DNA of 64,000 nucleotides from an uncultured Acidimicrobiales bacterium (GTDB taxonomy: Bacteria > Actinomycetota > Acidimicrobiia > Acidimicrobiales > Aldehydirespiratoraceae): assembly GCA_951812975.1 (NCBI GenBank), contig CATOTC010000004.1, forward strand, positions 3,636-67,635, written 5' to 3'. Numbering within the stretch: the stretch's first letter is position 1; each line of letters opens with the position of its first letter. The position numbers and the translations under genes are program-made. The notes below the pieces were generated by a model that saw only the letters and a list, made by a program, of their open reading frames with translations, ran no database searches and was not told the origin of the DNA. Shown here one piece after another: positions 56,841 through 64,000 of this stretch.

Positions 56841-58610
56841 TCGACTAACCATTACCCTGTGTTTTCCAAAGTACTTATAGCAAACCGCGGCGAGATCGCG
56901 GTCCGGATCATTCGCGGCTGCCGCGAACTCGGCATAGGAACCGTGGCGGTCTACTCCGATCTCGACCACGACGCGCTGCACGTCCGCCTCGCAGATGAGG
57001 CCTTCAGCCTGGGAGGCAAGACCACCGCCGAGTCCTACCTCAATACCGAGGCGATCCTCGATGTCATCGATCGGAGCGGTGCCGATGCTGTGCACCCCGG
57101 TTACGGATTCTTCTCCGAGAACGCCGACTTCGCGCGCGCCATAACCGAGCGCGGAGTCACCTTCATCGGGCCCGATCCCGAAGCGATCGAAGTGATGGGC
57201 GACAAGATCTCTGCGCGCGAAGCCGCCGAGAAGGTAGGCGTATTCGGCGTCCCCGGGACCACCGAGATAATCACCGACCCCTCCCAGATCATCGACTTCG
57301 GGAACTCCCAGGGCTGGCCGGTGGCCGTGAAGGCGGCATACGGCGGCGGCGGACGCGGCATGAAGGTCGTGAACAGCGCCGAGGAGGTCGCTGAGCAGCT
57401 CGGAGCCGCCCAGAGAGAGGCTCTCGCCTACTTCGGGCGCGACGAGTGTTACATGGAGCGCTATCTCACAAATCCGCGCCATGTGGAAGTCCAGATCCTG
57501 GCCGACAGGCACGGCAACTGCCTCTACCTCGGAACCCGCGACTGCTCGGTCCAGCGCCGACACCAGAAACTCGTCGAAGAGGCACCCGCTCCCGACATAG
57601 ACCCCGACATCATCACCGCGATGGGCGAAGCGGCCGTCGAAGTCGCACGCGGCTGCGACTACGTCAACGCGGGAACCGTCGAGTTCCTGTACGAGGACGG
57701 CAGCTTCCACTACCTGGAAATGAACACTCGCCTCCAGGTCGAGCACCCGGCGACCGAGATGGTCACCGGAATAGATCTCGTCGAAGCGCAGATCCGCGTC
57801 GCCGCCGGTGAAGAACTGCCGTTCAGCCAGGACGACATCGAGATCAGCGGGCACGCCATCGAGATCCGGATCAACGCGGAGGACCCCGCCGGAGGGGCCT
57901 TCCTGCCATCACCGGGGACAATCACCGCCTTGACTTCAGCCGACGGCTTCGGCACTCGATTCGACACGGGCTACGAGGCAGGCGACGAGGTGAGCCAGTA
58001 CTACGACAACCTGATAGGCAAGCTCATTGTCTGGGGCAAGGACCGCCCGACCGCTATCGCTCGGGCTCTTCGAGCGCTCAAAGAAACGACCGTCGAGGGA
58101 GTCGCCACCACTGTTCCAGCAGCCATCGTCGTGTTGGAGTCAGACGACTTTGCCGCGGTCGACCACAGCACCAAGTGGCTGGAGCAGAGCGTCGATCTAA
58201 GCGGGGTGGGCGTTGCCGCGCTCGCCGACGTCGAAGACTCGGACGAGCCGAAGGTCAAGCGCAACGTCGACGTCGAGGTGAACGGCAAGCGATTCTCGGT
58301 GTCGATGTGGGTTCCCGAGAGCGCTGGTGCTCCGAGCTCCCCGAGCGCTCCACGCACCCGCCGATCAGGCCGAGGCGCGACCGGTGGCGGATCCGGCAGC
58401 GGAGACGTCACCGTGCCGATGCAGGGAACGATCGTGAAGGTCCTCGTCGGCGTCGGCGACACTGTCGAGGCGGGCGACGTCGTCGTTGTCCTGGAGGCGA
58501 TGAAGATGGAGAACAACGTCACCGCCGAGAAGGCGGGAACGATCAAAGAAGTCCGTGTCGCCGAGGGTGACTCCGTCGGCGGAGGGGACATCGTCGCAGT
58601 GATCGAGTAG
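56832..58610 (+). CDS. accA: acetyl/propionyl-CoA carboxylase alpha subunit (biotin carboxylase + BCCP)
   Basis: KVLIANRGEIA, ATP-grasp blocks and the biotinylation site EAMKME. Start is ATG 56832 or GTG 56859. Confidence 0.93.
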   Translation: MAHSTNHYPVFSKVLIANRGEIAVRIIRGCRELGIGTVAVYSDLDHDALHVRLADEAFSLGGKTTAESYLNTEAILDVIDRSGADAVHPGYGFFSENADFARAITERGVTFIGPDPEAIEVMGDKISAREAAEKVGVFGVPGTTEIITDPSQIIDFGNSQGWPVAVKAAYGGGGRGMKVVNSAEEVAEQLGAAQREALAYFGRDECYMERYLTNPRHVEVQILADRHGNCLYLGTRDCSVQRRHQKLVEEAPAPDIDPDIITAMGEAAVEVARGCDYVNAGTVEFLYEDGSFHYLEMNTRLQVEHPATEMVTGIDLVEAQIRVAAGEELPFSQDDIEISGHAIEIRINAEDPAGGAFLPSPGTITALTSADGFGTRFDTGYEAGDEVSQYYDNLIGKLIVWGKDRPTAIARALRALKETTVEGVATTVPAAIVVLESDDFAAVDHSTKWLEQSVDLSGVGVAALADVEDSDEPKVKRNVDVEVNGKRFSVSMWVPESAGAPSSPSAPRTRRSGRGATGGGSGSGDVTVPMQGTIVKVLVGVGDTVEAGDVVVVLEAMKMENNVTAEKAGTIKEVRVAEGDSVGGGDIVAVIE

Positions 58611-58641
58611 CACCTCTGCGGCGCTGCGGCCAGTCGGATGG

Positions 58642-58677
58642 GCGCTATTCGGCGGCTTCGCCCTATTCGGCAGCTTC
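58642..58677. repeat. 18-nt tandem duplication (16/18) copying the stop codon and last four codons of the flavoprotein gene
   Basis: Minus strand reads gaa gct gcc gaa TAG ggc gaa gcc gcc gaa TAG. Confidence 0.85.
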
Positions 58678-60027
58678 ACGCAGCGCTTCGGCGAGAGTCG
58701 GATGCACCAGCGCGCTCTCGTGTATGTCAGCAACGGTGAGGCCGTTGCTGACCGCCACGGCAATGACCGAGATCAGTTCGGCCGCGTGGCGACCGACGAT
58801 CGAACCACCGAGCACAACCCCGGTGGCCGGGTCCGAGACGATCTTCACGAAACCGCGGGGATCGTCGTTGATCTGGGCCTTGGCAGAAGCAGCGAACGGG
58901 ACTTTGGTGACCCGGACCTTGCGCCCCTCGGAGAACGCGTCCGCCTCGGCAAGACCGACGTCGGCGATCTCCGGCTCGGTGAAGATCGCAGATGACGCCT
59001 TGTCGTAATCGATAACTCGGCGCCGAGACACCGAAAGCGCACCGAGAGCATGTTCAGCGATCTTCTGACCCTGAATGCTCGCCACCGAAGACAGCGGAAG
59101 GCGTCCACTCAGGTCTCCCGCGGCATATATGTGCTCGATGTTGGAACGCAGGTTCACATCCACCGGCACGTATCCGTCCTCTGAGTGAACCCCGGCCCTG
59201 TCGAGACCGAGAGTCTCGCTGTTGGGAACCGAACCGATCGCCAGCAGCGCATGCGTCCCGGTCACCACCCGACCGTCGTCGCAGTCGACGGTGACCTCGT
59301 CGCCCTCCCTGCGTATCTCGACGGCGCGTGCCCCTTTGAGCAGCCGAACCCCTCGACGCAGGAAATCCTCCTCCAGAGCAGCCGCAACCTCGGGGTCCTT
59401 GGCCGGCAACACCTGTTGACGACTGACGATCAAGGTTACCTCAGACCCCATCGACTGGAACATGTGGACGAACTCCACGCCGGTGACACCCGAACCGATC
59501 ACGACCAGATGCTCCGGCAGTGTCGGAGGTGGATAGGCATCCCGGGTGGTGAGCACGCGGACACCGTCAATCGGCGCCCAATCAGGCAGGCGGGGGCGGC
59601 TTCCGGTGGCCAACACGATCACGTCGGCCTCGAAGTCGATCGTCTCGTCCGCGGTGGTCGCGCGCACCGTGTGGGGATCGATCAGGGTGCCGGTGCCGTG
59701 GGCGAACTGAACCTGCTGGCTGGCCAAAAGGCTTCGAATCTGGCCTTCAAGGCGCCCTTCGAGGGTCGACAGCCGTTCCCGCAGCTGGTCGAGGTCGACA
59801 TCGGTCGCAACCTCAGAGAGCCCCATGCGCATCGAGCGTTGCACGAACGATCGGGCGTTCCCCGCTGCGATCATCGCCTTGGAAGGGATGCAGTCCCACA
59901 GGTGGGCCGCTCCGCCTATCGTGTCCCGCTCGATCAGCACCACCTCAGCGCCCAATCGTGCTGCTGTGGTGGCGCAGCTGTTGCCCGCGGGACCCCCACC
60001 GATAATCACCATGCGAGTCGTCATCAA
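58663..60027 (-). CDS. pyridine nucleotide-disulfide oxidoreductase, LpdA-like NAD(P)H quinone reductase type
   Basis: IIGGGPAG FAD motif. The redox-centre region GGAAHLWDCIPSK has only one Cys, versus GGTCLNVGCIPSK in true Lpd. Confidence 0.8.
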   Translation of the reverse strand: MMTTRMVIIGGGPAGNSCATTAARLGAEVVLIERDTIGGAAHLWDCIPSKAMIAAGNARSFVQRSMRMGLSEVATDVDLDQLRERLSTLEGRLEGQIRSLLASQQVQFAHGTGTLIDPHTVRATTADETIDFEADVIVLATGSRPRLPDWAPIDGVRVLTTRDAYPPPTLPEHLVVIGSGVTGVEFVHMFQSMGSEVTLIVSRQQVLPAKDPEVAAALEEDFLRRGVRLLKGARAVEIRREGDEVTVDCDDGRVVTGTHALLAIGSVPNSETLGLDRAGVHSEDGYVPVDVNLRSNIEHIYAAGDLSGRLPLSSVASIQGQKIAEHALGALSVSRRRVIDYDKASSAIFTEPEIADVGLAEADAFSEGRKVRVTKVPFAASAKAQINDDPRGFVKIVSDPATGVVLGGSIVGRHAAELISVIAVAVSNGLTVADIHESALVHPTLAEALREAAE

Positions 60028-60166
60028 ACGGAAATGCTACCTGTCGCGAGGTGGGTTGTGGGCTCAAAGCGGGGTTCGCTCCACTCTGGGTTCGCCCCAG
60101 GCGTGCTGGAGCCCCAACGGCCACCGCATGGGGCTCTGTCGCCGTTGACGGCTAGATTCAGCGGCT

Positions 60167-61735
60167 GTGGCACCCGCCGCGCAAGAAGCTGACCCCGGCG
60201 TTGATCTCGGTTTCGATACCGATTGCGACGACGCGCCTGCGCCACTGCGCTGGAACCGGACGGCTCTGACGTTCGCTGTCATCGCCGTGGCCGCGGGAGT
60301 CGCATTGCGTCTGGCCGCCCCCTCGCCGTTGTGGCTCGATGAGGCGCTCTCGGTCAACATCGCGGCGTTGGACTTCGACCAGATGGTGGAGGCGCTCCGA
60401 CACGACGGCCACCCCGCCCTCTACTACCTGCTGCTCGGCTGGTGGATCGACGCCTTCGGTGACAGCGATCTGGCTGTGCGTTCGTTGTCCGGCGTGTTCT
60501 CGCTCCTCTCAGTCTGGGTGCTCTACCGAATCGCTGGCCGATACGGAGCCACAACCGCGCAGGTGACTCTGATGGTTGCCGCCGCGTCGCCGTTCCTGAT
60601 CCGCTACGCAACCGAAGCTCGGATGTATGCCCTTCTGGTTCTGCTGTGCTGTGTCGGTTGGCTGTGTGTGGAGCGGGCGATCGAGCGTCCGTCGCCTGCT
60701 CGGCTGATGCTCTTGACACTCACCGTCGCGGCCCTCGTACACACGCACTACTGGAGTCTCTACCTGATCGGCGCGGCGCTGACCGTCGCGGCCTACAACA
60801 TCGTCTTTCGAGACGACGGCACGCGGGCGGCCGCGGTTCGCATCGGCGCTGCGATCGTCGCGGGCGGCGCCACCCTGCTGGTCTGGTTGAGCGTGTTTGG
60901 AGAACAGCTTCGAACCACCGGAACGCCGTGGGCCGACCGTGCACGACCCGCGGAAGTCGTTATTGAGACGATTCAAGCGATCGGAGGCAACAACCGGTTC
61001 GAGGGAGAACTGTTGGGGGTCGTGTTGGCTGTGGCCGCGATTCTGGGTGTGCTGGCCTGCCGCATCGGCGGGCGAGATCTGGTGCTCCGTTTCGGCACCG
61101 GAAGAATCGACCGCGCCGCGCTGTGCGTCGTGTTGACGCTCGGGCTCGGCGGAGGTGCCGCAGCGTTGACCGCCGGCGCTTTCGAGGCACGCTACGCCGC
61201 GGTCGTGGTGGGATCCTTGCTGGTCCTGGCCGCCAGGGGAATATCAATGCTCCCAGCGAGGCCGAGGATGGTGGTGCTGGTGGTGGTCGTAGCTCTCGGA
61301 CTCGCGATCAGCGTCGATGAGGCGCGCCGCGACCGGACCCAGGGTGCAGACGTCGCTGCACTGATCGACGAACAGCGCGAATCCGGGGACGTGGTCGTCT
61401 TCTGCCCCGACCAGGTCGGGCCTGCGACCCTTCGGGAGATTTCCGAGCCTGTGACTTCGTTCGCGTATCCCCGCGGCAACGGTCGTTTCGTCGACTGGCA
61501 GGACTACGCCGACACGATCGCCGATACTGGGGTCGACCGCTTCGTCAGCGACGTGCTCACCGAGGCCCGGAACCACGATGTCTGGTTGGTGAGCGGATTC
61601 GGCTACAAGAACTTCGACGACCGCTGTGAAGCCGTGATCAACGAGTTGGGACGAGATCGCCGGGCACACCGACTCCTGGTTCCCAGCGATGTCTTTGAAC
61701 CGATGCTGCTCACCCGTTACGAGGCGCTGCAGTGA
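60167..61735 (+). CDS. GT-C membrane glycosyltransferase, GT39/ArnT-like
   Basis: First-loop acidic motif LWLDEALS, about 11 TMs and a C-terminal soluble domain. Confidence 0.65.
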   Translation: MAPAAQEADPGVDLGFDTDCDDAPAPLRWNRTALTFAVIAVAAGVALRLAAPSPLWLDEALSVNIAALDFDQMVEALRHDGHPALYYLLLGWWIDAFGDSDLAVRSLSGVFSLLSVWVLYRIAGRYGATTAQVTLMVAAASPFLIRYATEARMYALLVLLCCVGWLCVERAIERPSPARLMLLTLTVAALVHTHYWSLYLIGAALTVAAYNIVFRDDGTRAAAVRIGAAIVAGGATLLVWLSVFGEQLRTTGTPWADRARPAEVVIETIQAIGGNNRFEGELLGVVLAVAAILGVLACRIGGRDLVLRFGTGRIDRAALCVVLTLGLGGGAAALTAGAFEARYAAVVVGSLLVLAARGISMLPARPRMVVLVVVVALGLAISVDEARRDRTQGADVAALIDEQRESGDVVVFCPDQVGPATLREISEPVTSFAYPRGNGRFVDWQDYADTIADTGVDRFVSDVLTEARNHDVWLVSGFGYKNFDDRCEAVINELGRDRRAHRLLVPSDVFEPMLLTRYEALQ

Positions 61736-62823
61736 CCGTCCTGCTCAACTGGCGGCGGGACTTCACCGCGGCTCTGGCCGGCTGGATCGAGGCCAGGATC
61801 TATGTGGCTGCGGCCTATGTCACCACCTTGGCGATCGTCGACCGCCTCGAGCCCTCACCGGCCTTCTCTCCCGTCGACGACGGATTGATCCCCTGGGACG
61901 GTACCTGGTACCGAGACCTGGCGGGCGGGGGTTACGACTCACCCGGGCTCGAGGAGGGAATTCGCTTCTTTCCGCTGTGGCCCCTGGTGGGTCGAGCCCT
62001 CGGGGCCGTTGGAGACCGACCCGACATCGCCCTGGTGGTCGCGGCCAACCTGCTCGCTCTGGTTGCGGGCATGCTGATGCACCGCGTGGCTCTGCAGGAG
62101 ACCGACGACCCGGAGACCTCCAGACACGTCGTGCGAATCTTCTCACTTTTCCCGTCTGCTTTCGTATTGGTTCTCGGCTACAGCGAGGCGCTCTTTGTGA
62201 CCTTGGCTCTGGGTTTCGTCCTCTGCGCCCGCTCACGCAACTGGTGGGCCACAGTCCTGTTGGGCTTCCTGGCCGGTCTGACACGACCAATCGGGGGACT
62301 GCTGGCCCTGCCCGCTGCGGTGCGAGCCGCCAGAGAGGACCGACGCTCTCCGACGGCCTGGCTTGCCGTTGCTTCGGCACCGCTGGGCACTCTCAGCTTT
62401 CTTGGGTGGGCGGAACGCGCCCAGGGGGGTTGGCGCGTCCCGATCGACGCGCAGGAAGAACTCAGGGGTTCCGCTGTTGAGCCGATCACCCGGATCAGCC
62501 GAGCGCTCGTCGACGGCGCTCGTGGTGACGCGGGCGAACTGTTGCATGGGAGCGCCGCAGTGATCCTGGTGTTTCTGCTGGTAGTTGCGGTGCGCAAGCT
62601 GTCGACCGATTTGTGGGTGTACGCGGTTCCCTCGACGGTGTTGCTATTCGCCGCCGAAAACCTGAACTCGATGGAACGCTACGCGTTGGCGGTTTTTCCA
62701 CTCGTGATCGCTGCGGGGATCGTGAGCGACACTTCGATGCTCCGACGTTGGCTGCCCACGGTCTCGGCTGTTGCGATGACGTCCTTGACGATCTTGGCTC
62801 TGAACGGCACCTATGTCCCCTGA
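61732..62823 (+). CDS. GT-C membrane mannosyltransferase-like protein (PIG-V-like)
   Basis: PWDGTWYRDLAGGGYD motif in a polytopic protein. GTGA overlap with the upstream gene. Confidence 0.6.
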   Translation: MTVLLNWRRDFTAALAGWIEARIYVAAAYVTTLAIVDRLEPSPAFSPVDDGLIPWDGTWYRDLAGGGYDSPGLEEGIRFFPLWPLVGRALGAVGDRPDIALVVAANLLALVAGMLMHRVALQETDDPETSRHVVRIFSLFPSAFVLVLGYSEALFVTLALGFVLCARSRNWWATVLLGFLAGLTRPIGGLLALPAAVRAAREDRRSPTAWLAVASAPLGTLSFLGWAERAQGGWRVPIDAQEELRGSAVEPITRISRALVDGARGDAGELLHGSAAVILVFLLVVAVRKLSTDLWVYAVPSTVLLFAAENLNSMERYALAVFPLVIAAGIVSDTSMLRRWLPTVSAVAMTSLTILALNGTYVP

Positions 62824-64000
62824 ACACAACGACAACCCCGCGCCCCGCGCTGCCGCGGCTCCGGACACGCCCGGAGACAACACAGTGCCCCGCGCTACCA
62901 CGGCTCCGGCTACCCCCGGCAAGAGCACAACACCCCGCGCTGCCACAGCTCCGGCTACGCCCGGCAAGAGCACAGCTCCGGCCACGTCCGGAGACAGGCC
63001 CCGCGTCGGGATTGACGTCACTGCCCTGGTCGGACCGCCCAGCGGAATCCACCAGACGACGCGGGCCCTCGTGAATGCGCTTGGGGTGGTTGACGGGATC
63101 GATGTCCGAGGCTGGCTCTTGACCCTCCGCGGAGACCGGCCGGACATAGAAGTTCCGGTCCGTCGGTCGCGAATGCCCGCCCGAGTCGCCCATCAACTGT
63201 GGCAGCGCAACATATGCGGACTGGACCGACTGATCGTCGGATCCGTCGACGTCGTCCATGGAACGAACTTCACCGCTCCACCGACCGAGCGTTCGGTCAT
63301 CACAGTCCAAGACCTTTCGCTGCTTCACCATCCGCAATGGTGTCGACCCGAAGTGGTCGCCATGGTTCAACCGTTGAGAGCCGCTGTCGCCGCCGGTGCG
63401 ACGGTCCACGTTACCTCAAGCGCTGTCGCCAAGGAGGTGCACGCACATCTCGGAGTACCAGAAGACAGGGTCGCGCTGGTCCCCCACGGAGTCGGCCCCA
63501 TCGTCGCCGGGGACGCCGAGACCGGGCGCAGACTCGCCGGTTACGACACGTACGTTCTCGTGCTGGGAACCGTGGAACATCGCAAGAACGTCGCCCTGAT
63601 CGCCGATTCGCTGAGCTCGTTTCCCAACGATGTGGGCCTCGTGGTGGCCGGGCCGCCGGGAAACGCTGAATCGACACTGCGCGCCGCGGCCGGTGATCGG
63701 AGGTTCGTGAGGCTCCCCACGGTCACTGACGCCCAGAGGGCGTCGCTGCTGCGGGGAGCCACAGTGCTGGCTTTCCCGTCCCGCTACGAGGGGTTCGGAC
63801 TGCCCCCGCTCGAAGCACTGTCGGTGGGCACTCCTGTCGTGGCCACCTCGGTCGGGGCGCTACCAGAGTTGATCGGTGACCAAGTAACGCTGGTACCCGA
63901 CAACAACGATGCGGCATTCATCGAACAGCTTCACGCGGGAATATCAACGCCATCAGTGGTGGCAACAGAGCTTCAGGCCCGCATCTCTGCGATGACCTGG
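62813..64000 (+). CDS. GT4-family glycosyltransferase with a Pro/Thr/Ala-rich repeat N-terminus (3' partial, runs off the window)
   Basis: My own translation of the frame starting at ATG 62813, which overlaps the upstream stop: ...GIDVTALVGPPSGIHQTT...FPSRYEGFGLPPLEAL... Not in the ORF track because no stop falls inside the window. Confidence 0.8.
   Translation, partial: MSPEHNDNPAPRAAAAPDTPGDNTVPRATTAPATPGKSTTPRAATAPATPGKSTAPATSGDRPRVGIDVTALVGPPSGIHQTTRALVNALGVVDGIDVRGWLLTLRGDRPDIEVPVRRSRMPARVAHQLWQRNICGLDRLIVGSVDVVHGTNFTAPPTERSVITVQDLSLLHHPQWCRPEVVAMVQPLRAAVAAGATVHVTSSAVAKEVHAHLGVPEDRVALVPHGVGPIVAGDAETGRRLAGYDTYVLVLGTVEHRKNVALIADSLSSFPNDVGLVVAGPPGNAESTLRAAAGDRRFVRLPTVTDAQRASLLRGATVLAFPSRYEGFGLPPLEALSVGTPVVATSVGALPELIGDQVTLVPDNNDAAFIEQLHAGISTPSVVATELQARISAMTW
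62843..62977 (+). repeat. three in-frame 45-nt tandem units encoding PRA(A/T)xAPxTPG(K/D)xTx
   Basis: Units at 62843-62887, 62888-62932 and 62933-62977, read directly. Confidence 0.85.

Noticed and set aside
56841-57854. N-terminal 338 codons of the 614-aa minus-strand ORF containing birA
   Set aside because: This part is antisense to accA and shows no BirA-related or HTH sequence. BirA homology begins near ATG 56840.
60109-60136. 8-bp stem-loop (gagcccca N12 tggggctc) in the divergent region before the GT39-like gene
   Set aside because: It is a short GC stem of the kind expected by chance in 70% GC DNA, with no supporting context.

Overview
High-GC (spot counts about 65-72% G+C) Actinomycetota-like chromosomal core. 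I found no rRNA, tRNA, CRISPR array, transposase or integrase. About 58 genes are supported. Left third: acyl-CoA dehydrogenase, ftsX-ftsE, prfB, secA, hpf, a ComF-like PRTase, oxidoreductases, and a 3-kb lower-GC islet (LuxR-type regulator, secreted metzincin, two lipoproteins). From about 14 kb the window is dominated by envelope-glycan genes interleaved with housekeeping genes. These include nucleotide-sugar enzymes (manA, phosphomannomutase, GDP-Man pyrophosphorylase, gmd, an rmd-like reductase, fcl, galE, ugd, UDP-xylose synthase), four GT4 genes, two large GT2-membrane proteins, three GT-C-like membrane proteins and an LCP ligase. The interleaved genes are ahcY, ppk2, ftsH, cofD-cofE, amt, birA and accA. 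The gene order resembles what I recall of the M. tuberculosis Rv3240c-Rv3303c region; this needs checking. Items most worth a second look: (1) a lipoprotein SBP + HAMP histidine kinase translationally coupled to three GT4 genes and preceded by a sigma-less STAS / REC-PP2C / anti-sigma-type kinase cassette directly downstream of amt, with no glnK; (2) a 1307-aa GT-C-like membrane protein fused through a pentapeptide-repeat linker to a polyprenyl-phosphate-sugar-synthase-like GT2 domain, and coupled to an acidic YYERR-repeat membrane protein; (3) a modular intergenic repeat family at two loci in inverted orientation; (4) recurrent 15-18-nt tandem duplications that copy stop codons or a start codon, including a 4-codon uORF before prfB and a 16-bp duplication that frameshifts an epimerase gene. 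No single unambiguous novel system is proven from sequence alone. Functional calls rest on motifs I could read in the supplied translations.
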